Assembly (NCBI RefSeq): GCF_018977255.1
Contig: NW_024704743.1
Location: forward strand, 61,568,001 to 61,632,000
Length of the DNA stretch: 64,000 bases
DNA from: Callorhinchus milii
Lineage: Eukaryota
Direction of reading: 5' to 3'
The position numbers and the translations under genes are program-made. The number at the start of each line of letters is the position of its first letter. Position 1 is the first letter of the stretch. This document shows, in pieces, positions 12,399-26,357 of this stretch. The notes under the pieces were generated by a model. That model saw nothing but the letters and a program-made list of their open reading frames with translations, was not told the origin of the DNA and ran no database searches.

Positions 12399-13744
12399 AA
12401 ACAGACCATTTGGCCCAACTAGTCCATGGAGGAGTTTATACTCCACATAACCCTCCACTCTTCTTATTCCTCTCATCTATACTTTCTATTCCCTTCTCCC
12501 TCATGTTTGTATCAGATTTAATTTTAAATATGTAGACGCTTTTTGCTTCAACTTGCTTTTACGCTTATTAAATGCATTTTACTCAACTTTTTTGTAGTGG
12601 GCTCAATGTTTTTGTTCTTAGATGTCTAGTTAACAGATCTATAATTTCTATGATAAGGTCTCAGACCTTCTTAAAAATTGGAACAACACATTAATTATTT
12701 TCCAATCCTTTTGTCCTATTTAATGCCTATCTATAATAAGCACTGAACCTAGAAGATTTTGCAAATGAAAGCTGTTCAATTCCATATTTGTCCTGAAATG
12801 AAGGAGAAATGAAGAAGAAATTATTTGCATTTTTATCACATTAAATTGTCTCGTGGCCTTTCTTTCAAGACAACTGCATGATAACATGATGGTCTCAGCT
12901 CAACATTCTTAGGCCCTGTCCCCCACCTACACCTCTCTTGCCCTCTTGGTTCCAACCCCCAGCAAACCATTTACATTCCAGCGCCTTGAAAGGCGCTATA
13001 TGAATGCAATTTGTTGTTGATATCACTTCCCATGTAATGTCAAGAAGCAGCATTAATGTCCATAGACTGCACACAGAAAGGGATGTTAGCGGCATGTTCT
13101 GCACGTAGCACACATGTGTATTGCATAGCAAGTGAGATCAGCAATGCTTCCTGTTCATAATGTGCAGCACCCAGGATGTCACATCAGCAGCACTGACGAC
13201 CCTGAAGTTGGCCATTTATTTAATGAGGGCAGCCGATTCTCCAGCTCTGAAAGCCAGGTTACTGCGTATAGTGTGAGTCCACAAGAGATCCAAGCTCTAA
13301 ATGAATGTGTGTTCAATGGGGTTATGTTCTAATGAGACCTCTCTATAGGTATTTACTGCAAAGACCTATTTTTGTAAGCAAAAATATATTTATTTTTGTA
13401 GGCAAATACGTCAGCTATCTATGCCACCAAGGTCAACAAACTGCAATAAGCTGAATCATCAATTCGTTTGGGGGATTGTTGGTTAGGAAACTAGGAGAAA
13501 CTTCATTCTCTTTTTAATTGGGGCACTGGATCATTAATATCAACAGCAGCAATGACAGCATTTAAGACCTACCTCTTCGCATGGGCACCTCCCTCCCCCT
13601 TCTCCCTTACTCGGTGTCCAACTCTACCACTGTGCAGTGCTTCAAGGCGCTATCCTGTGTGATGGGCGCTAGATAAATGCAAGTTGTTATTGTTTATTGT
13701 ATTACTGCTAAAAGGTTTACACAGTTTTTTGAAATCTTCTCTCA

Positions 13745-14085
13745 GCCTTACCTCCCACCCATCCCCACTGCACCCCGCCCTTCTATAACCATTCACACAT
13801 CCTCTGGGTCTCAGACACATCTTTTCTTTCCCTAATCTCCGATTATTTCCTTCTTTTGTCTTGCGCCATCAACACCTCTGATCTCATCATCTCCTCTCCT
13901 CCACCTAATCTTTTTCTTTGTCTTTCTTATCCCGCCCCCTTCTCTGTTTGTCTTTATAAACTGCTCCCTTCCAACATGCCCCAGTTCTAACGAAAGGTCA
14001 TCAACCTAAAACGTGAACTCACTTTCCTCTATCTATAGATGCTACCTGAGCTGCTGAGTGTTCCCAGCGACTTCTGTATTTATTA
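13745..14085 (+). mobile_element. Penelope-like element remnant with a degenerate hammerhead-type motif
   Basis: Pyrimidine-rich tract followed by agttctaacgaaaggtcatcaacctaaaacgtgaact...atagatgctacctgagctgctgagt. Confidence 0.55.
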
Positions 14086-15819
14086 TTTTTTAAAAAATGT
14101 TTTTTCCTAATTTTCCACCCTTTTTTCCTTCTGAGCAATGTGGATTACTGTACCTTTATCCTGTACAATTCAGCTGCCATTCTTTAGCATCATTGCCAGA
14201 GGTGAATTTCAGCCTTCAAAATAATGAATCTCAAAGTAAACGTTTCCTCTGAGAGGAAACATTTCTGTAAATTTTGCTGATACGAAAGAGAGGGCAAATT
14301 GAAAGGCCAATGATAATCTTTTACTGGAGAGCTAGCTAGTAATTGATTATAACTCAAATCTATCCCTATGTACCCCCATCTGTTATATACAACCAATCTA
14401 CTCTCAACATGACAAACAACAACTTCAGGAAAGCATATTATGTGATGCAAGAGAAAGTTTTCCTTTCCATACAGTACTCATTTTTCTGCTTAGCGTAACT
14501 AACAAAGTTAAGGAGAGGGTGTTACATAGATTCTTATTCAATAGTTGCACCGTATTCAAACTCATTTCCAATTAGTGTAAGAATAGGTGCAAACAAAATG
14601 CTCCCTGTGAGACATTTGAACTGACTCAGATGCTACCGTCTGATTCATCCTGACACATCAGTTGCAAGACTTTGGCTGTGATGACACCTAGGGTGCAAGC
14701 TAAGGTCTCAGGTACAGGAGATTTCCTGGAGAAAAGGCTGTTTACGTTGGTGGTACTTTTGTCAGCAGTCGCACACCACTTACTCTGCTGGAGTACTTTT
14801 TAGGCACCTTAGTGTTGAGTTTCATCACCTATTACCAACAATGCTAAGTGAAAAAAAATGTTAATTGAGGGACTCACTGAGGTGAAATAGACTTTGCTTA
14901 TCCCCCCTGCTGCTGCCACAGGAGGAGAGACTTATGACCTATTTCCATTCCATCCTGGCTGCAGCTGAAGTGACAGAAACTGACCTAACTGAGTAGAATT
15001 GCACGGATATGACATTTTACTCTCTGGCAAAGCACAGAGGGTGGGAATGCCGACAGGAATAGAAATCATCTTGTCAACCTATTTAAAGGGAAGCCGTCCT
15101 CTTTAAAGCAGTGGCAAGGTTTAAAAGTTGCTCCATGAAACCTCTGAAGAGATGCTTTCCACAAAAAGCACAAAGGACCTGCTGGCATAGTTAGGAAAAA
15201 GTTGTAAGCCATCTAATGTAGTCACTCACTGGGTGCATAAAGTGCGAATAAATCATTCATGTTGGTCCTGCAGAGTGCTGGCAGAGGCTACCACACAACC
15301 TGAGGATTTGGTTCCATTTTTAGATGAGATTTGACATCCTTAATGGAGTAAATTAATCAATAAATTATAGGAGTATAAATGTTGTACCAGAATTCTTTCA
15401 CATGTGGCATCTTAGCTAAAGTTTCATTTGTAAAGTTTAGTTCAGCTTCTTCAGGATAAAGGTACACAATGAATTGCAATAAAAGTATCACGCTGTAAAA
15501 TGATTGGAAATGTTATGAAAGCATAACTTGCCTGAAAAATAAATGTTATTTATTGAAAAGAAAAAAAATGCTATGTCCTTGTCTGATTGTTGCTCTTTAG
15601 ATATTTACTGAAACTTTCACCTAGTTTGTTCTACATCCAATATAGTTATATAAATGCCTGGTTGTTAGAAATAACAGCTTGCATTTATGTAGTGCCCTTC
15701 ATGTAGGATAATGTCTTAGAGGAGTGCTTTACTATGGCAGAGTTGAACACTGAGCAAAGGAGACGGGAGAGGAGGAGGGAGGGAGGGAATGGAGAGTTTA
15801 CCACACTATCTTTTGAGTT

Positions 15820-16105
15820 CAGAAGGTTGAGGGGTGATCTGATTGAGGTTTTAAAAATAATAAACGGGTTTGATAGGGTAGAAACATAGAAACTATTTCC
15901 TCTGGTGGGGAATCCAGAACAAGGGGGCACAGCTTTAAAATTAGAACTAGGCGAGTTAGGAGTGAAATCAGGAGACAGTTTTTCACCCAAAGGGTAATGG
16001 AAATCTGGAACTCTCTCCCCCAAAAGGCTGTGGATGCTGGATCCATTCACATTTTGAAGACTGAGGTGGATAGATATTTGTTAGGTAAGAATATCGAGGG
16101 ATAGA
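15820..16105 (+). mobile_element. CR1 LINE ORF2 C-terminal fragment
   Basis: Translates RRLRGDLIEVLKIINGFDRV and FFTQRVMEIWNSLP. Confidence 0.85.
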
Positions 16106-16746
16106 ATCCTAAAATCCTAGAATATTACAACACAGAAGGAGGCCATTCAGCCCATCATGTGTATGCTGGCTCTTTGAACGAGCTACCCAATCAATCCCTG
16201 CTCTTTCCCCATATTCTTGCAAATTGTACCTTTTCAAGTACCTATCCAATTCCCTTTTGAATCTGTTTCCACCACTCTTTCAGGCAGGGCCTTGGGATGT
16301 CCTCCCGACTTGAAAGGCTGTACAAATGCTTTTGTAATTTTGTTATTGTAGTTGTTGTGTATTCCAGACTGTAACAACTCTCTATGATACGAGGCAAGGG
16401 CTGGCAATTGGAGTTGAGGTACAGATCAGCCATGATCTTATAGAATGGTGTAATAGGCTCAAGGGGTTGAATGGCCACTCCTGTTTCTATGTTTCATAGG
16501 CACAGTCAAATAGATAGGTTTCAAGATGGGATTTAAGGACAGACAGACAGAGAGAGAGCTAAAGGAGATCCAGAGGTTATTATTAATCAGAGAGATAATA
16601 GGGTCAATTTGGCTATTCAAAACTCAGTTTGTTGAATAGTCTTGGAAATCTGGAAGCCTTCCCCTGCTACTGTTCTCACTGATGAACCCCATAAAGCCTG
16701 GCCCGTGGCACTGGACTTCTTGCTCAAGGATCTTGGTTTTGTTAGC

Positions 16747-17360
16747 ACAACAACAACAACAACTTATACTTATATAGCTTCCTTCATGCAGGGTAGTCTA
16801 TCAGAGCGCTTAACAGTGGCGGAGCCTGACTCTGAGCCAGGGGGAGGGGAGGTGGCCGTAAGCACAGTCAAAAAGGATGATCTTCAGGCAGGACAAGGTG
16901 AAGGGTTTAAGGGAGAGTGTTCCAGGGTTTCGGGGGGTACTGGCTGAAAGCGCAAACTCCGATGGTGGGGCAAAGTGTGAGGGACGAGCAGGAGACCGGT
17001 GCCAGTCGAGTGGAGGTGCCGCATGTTTGATTGGCGAATGAGAAGGTCGGAGAGGTAGGGAGGTGCCAGGGAGTGAAGGGACTTGAACACGAGTGTGAGG
17101 ATCTTGAAGTCGATCCATTCGGTGATGGGGAGCCAGTGGAGCCTGGCCAGAACTGGTGAGATGTGGGTACGGAGTTCAGTCAGGGTCAATATGTGGGCAG
17201 CAGAGTTCTGACTGAGCTGGATCTTTTAAATAGTGGAGCTGGGGAGACCAGTGAGGAGTGCATTGGAGGAATCCAAGCGGGAGCTGACAAACACATGCAT
17301 GAGGGTTTCAGCTGCATCTAGGGTAAGGTACGGTCAGAAGCGGGCAATGTGCCTCAGATG
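16747..17360 (-). mobile_element. L2 LINE 3' fragment
   Basis: HISPVLARLHWLPITEWIDFKILTLVFKSLH; (CAA)n tail. Confidence 0.9.
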
Positions 17361-17484
17361 GTATCCTCATAACCTGGGATATATTTAAATGGGAAACAAA
17401 TGACAGACACAAGCTCAGGAGAGGGTGAAAGGATTTGAACATAGGTGTTACGTAAACAGACAGTTCACATTCAACTCTTTTATT

Positions 17485-17785
17485 ATTATAATAATAATTC
17501 CTATATTTGGTATGGCGCCTTTCACGTCAGGAGGACATACCAATGGATATACTGTAAAATGCAATGACTGGGTGTTTTTTGGGGGCAAACACAGCTGCCA
17601 ATTTGCACACAGCAGTGTGCCACAAATAACCATGAACTAAATTACCAATTTGATCTGGAGGATTGTTGGTCAGGACACCAGAATAAACCCCCTTCTGTTT
17701 TAGAAAAGTGCCATGAGATGTTTAATGTCCACTTGAACAGGCAAATGGGACCTCAGTTCAACATATCATCCGGAGGACGTCACAA
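17485..17785 (-). mobile_element. DeuSINE fragment
   Basis: Tail plus Deu-domain reverse complement (aggacaccag...gccatgagatgtttaatgtccacttgaacagg). Confidence 0.75.
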
Positions 17786-18699
17786 TGTGCAACAATAACA
17801 TTAATAAACCTAATACAGTATGAGTCACATTGATTTTTTTGAGCATTTTGTGCCTTAAAATAATAGAATTGCACCTTAAAATAAAACTCGCTATAAATTG
17901 CTTAGCCTAGTACAAGGAAGCATCTCTCGCCTTGAATTGCCTTAGAGCACAAACTTGGAACATGAAGGGAAACCTAAAATATTTATTAAGACAAGGAATG
18001 TTTCTGTTTTAACCACTCTTCGATTCTGGAAATTAGCCTTCAGAGTGAGGCTATGCTAAAACTATGGGCTCACAATGACTTTAGACCCAGATACTTCTTC
18101 ATACTTTTTTGGACCCTTTGAAGTTCATGCACAGAGTGGTTAGGATATGAAATGTCCTGCCGAGAGCAGTAGTTCACACAGAATCCATAGTAACTTTCAA
18201 AAGAGAACTAGATAGACATCAAAAAAGAAATAAAGTACAGAGTTATGGAGAAATAGCAGGTAAATGGGACAAAAAGGATCACTCTTTAAAAGAGTCAGCA
18301 CAAACAAGATAGGCCTAATAGCCTTCTTCTGTGCTGTAAATTTCTATGGTTTTAGTATGGGTCAATATTACAATACATTCAAGTCAGCAAATTATTAGTT
18401 ATTTGAGTGACAGGATTCACTTCATCCATTTGCTGTACCAAGAGTACTTGTAGCATGCATTTAGTACCATTTCCTATCACAGCTAATAAATCGTTATATA
18501 TTTACGGTTTCCATGAATACAATTCAAACTGTTAAATCAGAGTAAAGTCATTTGGCGTTTTAACTGTGTTTTCACGTATACCTCTGCAATGGGATTTTGG
18601 AAATGCAATGCATATTAATTTAACATTCTGAATTACAATCCTAAAGATATGCTTTCTTCACCTATTATCTGAATTAATGAAGTTAATATGGAATACATA

Positions 18700-20390
18700 G
18701 ATAAAGAGAAAATAGTTAATGTATGTATAAATTTTCACAAAGAATATGATAAGGTGCCATAATAGAGAATGGTTGATTTATGAATGCATAATGCATTCAT
18801 GGAAATTTGTGGCATGGAAAGAGGGATACTGATAGATACAACAACAACAACTTGCATTTAAATAGTGCCCTTCATGTGGGGTAGGGTCCCAGAGCGCTTG
18901 AAGGGAAGAAGAGAAGAGAGCTGGGCGAAAGGGATGTGTCTTGTTGTGGTTAGTAGCATGCCCCAGGGACCTGTGTTAAAACTTCTTTGTTTTCTAACTG
19001 CACTAACATTTGGAATTAGGCATAAGGGGAAGAATGTCTAAATCTGACGATGATACCAAATTAAGGTATTGCCTTTATCACCTCAAGGCTGGACTATGGG
19101 AACTCTCTCCTCGCCGGCCTTCCCGGCACCTCCCTCCACAAGCTGATGGTCATTCAGAACTCTGCAGCTCATGTACTGTCCCGCACCAGGCTTCGCGACC
19201 ACATCACTCCCACCCTCGCTCGCCTCCACTGGCTCCCCATCCCCCAGAGGATTGATTTCAAGATCCTCATCCTCACCTACAAGGCCATTCATGGCCTTGC
19301 TCCCTCCTACCTCTCCGACCTACTATCCCCCTACCTACCTGCCCGTACCCTCCGTTTCTCTGGCTCCGGTCTGCTCCACATCCCCTGCCCCAACCGCCCT
19401 ATCATCGGTGGCCGAGCCTTCAGCCTCTCAGCCCCCAGGCTCTGGAACTCTATCCCCCAATGCCTTCGCCGCCTCCTCCCTTTCCTCCTTCAAGGCCGGT
19501 CTCAAGACCTTTCTCTTTGACCGAGCCTTCAGCTCCCCTCTCGACTCTCTACCCCTTCCTCGCTCCCTCCCTTCCCTCACACTGAACATTTCCCCCCTGC
19601 TCGGGTCCTGACCCAACTGTACAGCGCCTTGGGACATCCTCCCGACGTGAAAGGCGCTCTATAAATGGAATCTTGTTGTTGTTGTTGTAATTAGGAAACT
19701 ATGTGGAAGAATGCAGGAAATGGCAATAGGACATAGACTGCTTTGCAGAGTTGGATTCTGGGTTTTATATTATAGGGATATTGAATATAAGACTAGGGAA
19801 GAGGCATGAAGTTTATACAAGATATTGATTAAATTGGAGTGTTGCACGCAGTTCTGGGTGCTCAATTAAAGAAAGAATACCAAAGTCATGGAAAGAAAAA
19901 TAATAGAATAATCTAATAAAATCCCGAGCCATTTCAGGGAGCCAGTTTGCCACTGGACACATCTATGCTGAAGCATTAAGCATAGGTTCCCATGGATGAT
20001 ACCAAGGATATTAGATCAATTTTACCAGAGAAGGGATTTAGAAAGGGCCTTCAAACTATTGAACAGTTCAAAAGGATGGATGTATGAACTGCTGGTTGAT
20101 GTATTGGTGACAACTGAATATGAACTCAATCTTCTCACTAGAAGCATTAAGGGGAGGTTAGAAGAAACATTTTCACAGAACATTATTAGAATATGGAACT
20201 CCTTGCTACAAATGTCTACTGAGGCTTAGGCTATAAATCATTTGAAAGGAAATTGGATAAACATTTGAGGAGAGAAAATAACAAAAAGGTTTGAAATTAC
20301 AATTAAGAATAATTGAGTTCGTTGCATTAGCATCATTTTGCACTCGATGGGCCAAATGGCCTGTCCTGTCCTAAACATTTCCATGATTCT
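18700..20390 (+). mobile_element. Highly decayed CR1 LINE interrupted by L2 insertions
   Basis: tctaaatctgacgatgataccaaatta resembles SKFADDTKL; later fragments resemble CR1 RT C-terminus (IWNSL) and the 3' tail. Confidence 0.6.
19080..19688 (+). mobile_element. Relatively well-preserved L2 3' fragment
   Basis: IQNSAAHVLSRTRLRDHITPTLARLHWLPIPQRIDFKIL; intact tail and (TTG)n. Confidence 0.92.
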
Positions 20391-21928
20391 GTAATAACAA
20401 GTTTACATCTCAGTAATTGTAAGATTTGTCTCTGTCGAACTTGACTCAATTTGCTGAAGGAATACATTGTCTTCACTGCTATATTCTTTGGTAAGTGTAT
20501 CAATATTAGAGAATTTAGCCAATTTGTGTTCATTATATAATGCGGACATGTGATTAGTCACATTGAGTTATAAAAGTAGCAGAAGGTGAATCTGATGTCT
20601 GCACTCCAGGGGAACACAGTTAAGATTCCTAAACTATGACGTACAGAGATGTGCTACCTATTCCCAAATGGTGTCTTAGCTGATCTACTTTAAAGCATTT
20701 GAATTTTTAAACAGAGTTTCTAGGACACACTGACCACGTAAAATCTAAATAGTAGAAATAGTGGAAATGTGCCAAGAGAGAAAAGTTTTTTAAAAAGCTT
20801 CAGTTGTTGAATGTGATGAAACAGGCTGGAAAAACCTGATCACAGAAAGTCAGTGAGTTTGTGTCAGATTTTCATAGTTCTCCTGGTTAAATGCAACAAT
20901 GATTCTTTCTGCAAATTCACCAAAGTGCTTCACAAGAACAACAATTCGCACTTATATAGCACTCTTTATACAGGAAGGATGTCTCAAAGTGCTTACAAAG
21001 CTTGAGCTGAGGGTAGATACAAGGTATAGTGGGAGAGAGGTAGTAGAAGGTGAGCCGAAGAGCTAGATCATTAGGTGGGCTTAGCAAGCAGAGAGGATGG
21101 GGTGAGGTGGATGAATTTCAGAAGAGAGTTCCAGACATCAGGGACAAAGTGGGGGAAGCAGGCAAGGGGCCTGAGTTGGTGAAGTGAAGGGAGTGAAGTG
21201 AAGGGAGTGCCTGGTGAGTAGGGTGCCAGGAGAACCCAGACTGGGTGTCATCATTCTGTTTCTGAGTAGAAATGTGATAATGGGTGACTTGTTTGCTTTG
21301 TTTAAAGTCAGGAGAGGAAACTAGAAATCCATTTCTAGGTGGGGTGAACATTACTACCCATCATGTGGCTGATAGCAGCTTATGCAGCTATACCTTCATC
21401 TGCAAAATCCTGTGTACACAGCGACTGTTGTTTTGTAGCTCAGTTGGAAATCTTTACATTTCCAAACAAGTCTGAATCGGCTGAATTTTGGAACCACATT
21501 TCTAATTCACTTTAAATACTAAAATATGACACTGTAAACTTGTGTAATCACTGAGAGTGGCTGGGAAGAACAAACTTTGGAATCAGGTACCTTCAAAAGT
21601 CTTTTAAATAAAGTATGTACTTCCCAAGGAGACAAAAGTCCTTTTTGCCAAAAGATTACAATCTGGTACCTAAGTTCGAAGAAAAGGTATTAATGCAGAC
21701 AGTTCAGTATAAAACGTGGAGATTTATATTGGGATTTATTCATATTGATTCCATCATAAATGGGACTCCTTCTGCTAACTGGAAGTGTACCATGATGCTG
21801 TGCCAAAACTCTGCTGTGGAAGTCAAAGCGGAGTTCCTGTGTGTCGGTGTGATATGCTCTTGGCTAAACTGCAGGCAATAATTGAGGGATCAGGTAAGTG
21901 AGTACTTAGATAAGCATAGGTTAATCAA

Positions 21929-22200
21929 CAACAACAACAAAATTATATTTATAGAATGCCTTTCACGTCGCAAGGACGTCCCATAGCGCTGAACAGTCAG
22001 GTGTCGAGGCCCGAGCATGGGGAAGGGGTGGTGTAGGGGTGAGGGAAGGGAGAGAGGTGGGAGGGAGACCAAAAGCACGGTCGAAGAGAAGCGTCTTGAG
22101 ACCGGCCTTGAAGGATGCAAGGGAGGAAGTGAGGCGAAGGGACCGTGGGATGGAGTTCCAGAGTTTGGGGGCAGAGAGACTGAAAGCCCGGACATAACCA
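21929..22200 (-). mobile_element. L2 3' end inserted into a CR1 RT fragment, TSD TAATCAA
   Basis: TAATCAA at 21922-28 and 22201-07. The flanking CR1 reads IKDSQHGYV...SCLNNLIEFFEVVT. Confidence 0.88.
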
Positions 22201-23609
22201 TAATCAAGGACAGTCAACATGGATATGTGAACCATGGATCATGCTTGAACAATTTAATAGAGTTCTTTGAAGTTGTCACGGCAAATGTAGATCAGGGCAA
22301 GTGCCATTCCAAGTCCTGCCAATGAGCCAGGCTGGCTGAGCTGTCATCAGCAGTGCCCTGGGATACTAAGGCCCACCTGATTCAGTCACTGGACTACCAA
22401 GACGGCCAGAGGGTTAGCTCAATTCCAACATTTCATTGTCAAACATGTCACTTTGGAACCAATTCATCTCCAAGAAACCTTGGTTACCTCCCTCTCATGT
22501 AGGATAGTGACTATATATAGAATGATATCCAATGTGCAAGCTTTAGTTCACTATAATATGGTAACACGTGTGGCAATTTGTAATTGGATCCGTAAATAGC
22601 AACTCCTGCTGCTAACCATCGTCATACCGACCCATGGGAACCCCACTACAACATGCTCAGAAGTGGATTGAGTGGTTCCTGCGGATCTTGTCGGGTGATG
22701 CACTCTGGCTGTTAGGCATTACTACTGTTTGTAACTTAGATTTATGAATTGCCATATTATAGATCCTAATATCTGCACAAGCATAACAATGAGCAGTGTA
22801 GCAGCAGATTTCACTGATGGCTGATATTTAATAAAATGCACCACTTCCACTAGGTCATGTTGTTGCATGTTCATCAACAAAATACACAGTCACTATATTT
22901 TACAGTATATCCTGTGAAATCCTTTAAGGCGTCCTCCTGATGTGAAAGGTGCTATTTCAAATGTAAGGGTCGTATTTTTTATACTTTCACACTGTCCAGC
23001 TTTTTCCCCCTAAACTTCCTCTGCTCTCGCCTGCTGCACAGTCTGAACAGGCAGCCTATATTTATCATTGTTTTAAAATATTCATAACCACTTAACATCG
23101 CTGTTCAAGTGCCTTATCATTTTTAGAGGACTGTAAAAACATTCAGCGTAAAACACATAGACAGCACCTAACATATATCTGATTCATAGCAAGAAAAAAT
23201 CATCAAAGCAATACTATGACTATATTTTTAAAGCACTAATACATACATTAAGGTACTTTATAGGAGAATGTGTGATGTGATACACAATTGTCAGTGCTAT
23301 AAAAGGAGATATCTGCACACATGCTGGTGTTTCTCAGTCCTCATGTACAGTGTTAACATGTGGTCCAGGCAACCTGGGAGCAAACATTTCAGGTACAACT
23401 TGTCACAAACCTGACATCATAGAATGCAGTGTCATTGGCGTCTTCAATAAAGTTGACCAAAACTTGCTCCAAGTTAAGACTGAATTTAAGAATGTTCCAC
23501 AATTCTGGGTAATCTTCAATTTACACAATTGCACAATTAAGTTCTCATGGTCTTAAGGGTAAGACCATGAGAACTGCGGACCTCAGGTGTGTGTGGAAAT
23601 CTTAATTGT

Positions 23610-24198
23610 GCAAAGTGCTTTGAGATGTCCTCCTGACATGCAGTGGCCAATTGCGCACAGCAATGTTCCACAAACAGCCATGGAGTGAGTGACCATCGTT
23701 ACTTGGGGGATTGTTAGCCACGACACCAGGGAAAAAAAATACTTCACTTTTCAAATAGTGCCATGGGATCTTTAACATCCACCTGAACAGGCAGATAGGA
23801 TCTCGGTTTAATGGCTCATCCAAAGGATCGCACCTCAGACAATGCAAGCCCCCCACCCCCAGCATTGCATTCGAGTGTCAGCTTAGACTGGGTGATTTCA
23901 GATCCAAATGTGGGATTTGAACAACAACAACAACAAGATTACATTTGTATAGCACCTTTCACATCGGGAGGACGTCCCAAGGCGCTGGACAGGGTACAGC
24001 ATTTCAGACCTGAGCTGGGGTTGGGGGGGGTAAGGGAAGGGAGGGGAAGGGGGGGTGGCCGATGGTAAGGTCGAAGAGGAAGGTCTTGAGGCGGGACTTG
24101 AAGGAGGCTAAGGAGGGGGCGAGGCAGAGTGACTGGGACGGAGTTGAACAAACAACCTTCTGACTCAGAGGTGAGAGTGCTACCTGCAATAGGCTGAC
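23610..24198 (-). mobile_element. DeuSINE interrupted by an L2 3' end (23925-24143), TSD TTGAACAA
   Basis: Deu domain and tRNA-like head are split by the L2; TTGAACAA at 23917-24 and 24144-51. Confidence 0.88.
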
Positions 24199-25953
24199 AC
24201 ACAACAATTTACAGAATCACAACAATCACAACACTTTACAAAAAACTGAAGTGCTTTGAGACATATTAACATCACATATTTTATGAAATGCAAAAGGATC
24301 TCTTTATCTCTCTCTAACATTCTGGCAAAGGCAGTCATTGGAAATATTCTTTGGATGGAGGGAGCGGGGCTGAGCTGCGTTCCCCTCATATATCCTTTGC
24401 TGAAGACTGTGGAGTGCGGGTGCATCTCTGTCTGTATGTGTGTGTGTCCCAGCACTGGATCCAACTCCCAATCACACCACTCTCTGACTGTTCCACTCAC
24501 TTTATTCACAATCCATTACAAACTGCAGAGAGCAGTGCCTCTCTCCTATTATAACATCCCATTATCCCAAACTGGATAAAAGTTAGATTGGGGGGTGGGG
24601 CTGAGGTCCTTCTATGTGTACCAGCTAATTGAATATTTTTTCATTTTATTTTAAACAAGGATTTATTTTATAAAACCATGTGCTCTTAATAAAAAGGATC
24701 TTAATAAACATGTAAAACTTCCCCAGTTTGTAAGTACTGTCCCAGTATTTGCAAACTGGGACAAAAGATCAAACAGAACCACCACCACCCCCCCACCCAC
24801 CCGTTCAGTAAAGTTCTTTGTGGCTTGTCAATGGTTTGGTCATCTGTGCACAGAGATAATCCTGTTCAATGGATTAACACTGGAGGTGCAGCTCCATATT
24901 TCAGTTCCACTCCATGGTGAGACGGGAGCATTTGCTTCTCTCCGCCAGCCCTCCTGCAGTTTTCCGGAGAAATAACAGACTAAACCAAAGTCGTCTGCAG
25001 TGATGACCTATTTTGCGATCGCTGTTCTATACGTCTGTCTGCTGCATTTAAATTAGTGTCAAAGAAATGCCATCTGAATGACTGTATGCTCACATAATTT
25101 TTACCATCTGCTACCCTTTCACTGTGTGTAGACTCTCTGATTCAGCTACCAAGCCAAACTGGTAGGCTTGAATATATTTTGCGGTGGCTGCACAAACCCC
25201 ACCAATATGGCATGGTTCAGCAGGGCACATAGCGGTAGATGCCTCCCAGTTGCTGGCTGAACACCATTCCATGATGTCTGACCATCAGCTACAGCCTAAG
25301 GCAAATGAGCGAGCATTTTGTGTGAAGTGGTGGCTCTGTGCAGCTCTTGCATCAATTAGTAGAACTCATCTACGCTAATTCTTTCGGCTCTTCGCAGAGT
25401 GAACACAACCCTCGTTTCCCCTTTACAGTACATTTAAATGTGCGGCTGTCGGACATGGACCATTAACTCAAATAATATTAGAAACGGACATTTAGAATTC
25501 ACAGTGGAAGCTGGAGGGTGTAAGTAGTTTCATGAGAAATATTTCACTCAGCTGGACACAGCAACGTTTTACAACGTGGGATTTCAAACAAGATTCTGGA
25601 ATTAAGGAATAAGGAAGTGCATTGACCAACTTGTGGGAACTCTGTGTGACACTATGCAGTTCAGAGTGGAGTTTCTGCCAGTTGATGTGATGCGTCCAAT
25701 GCACTTTCTGATTACCAGAAAGAATCACCACTTGGATTCCTTCAGACGTGAAAGGCATAATCCTGTCCTTCTAATTGCTAATTTACAATTTACCTTTGCC
25801 GACAAAATACACAGTCACCACACTGCAGTAAATCCTGTGAAGTGCTCTGAGATATCCTCCCTATGTGAAAGTGCTGCATCAAATGCAAGGATTATTAGTA
25901 TTATTTAGCGATCTGATAATCTCTGCTCTACCCCAGATCCTAGTTCCATTCTA

Positions 25954-26357
25954 TAATAAATTAATAACAATCCTTACATTTGATAGAGTGGCTTTCACAA
26001 TTGGAGGATGTCTTAAAGCAGTTTGCAGGATATATTGTAAAGTATAGGGACTGTGTACTTTGGTAGGCGATCGCACAGCCAACTAGCATACAGCAGTGTC
26101 CTACAAACCAGTCTTATCTGGAGGACTGTTGGCAAGGTCACCAGGAGAAATTTCCTTTTATTTTTAACTAGTGCTATAGTATCATTAGTATCCACCTGAA
26201 CAGGCAGATAAGATTTAACATCTCATCTGAAAGATGCCATTTCCAAAAATGCAGCACGCTGGGGACTGGAATGTCAGACTTTAGGGATCCCAAAGTGCGG
26301 CTTGATCCCACTACCTTCTAATTCAGAGTCAAAGGTGCAACCAAATGAGGCAGACTA
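25954..26357 (-). mobile_element. Near full-length DeuSINE
   Basis: Tail, Deu domain and tRNA-like head in order. Confidence 0.75.

Noticed and set aside
18780..18800. 10-bp-arm palindrome ATGAATGCAT-A-ATGCATTCAT
   Set aside because: Short, AT-rich and inside a decayed CR1.
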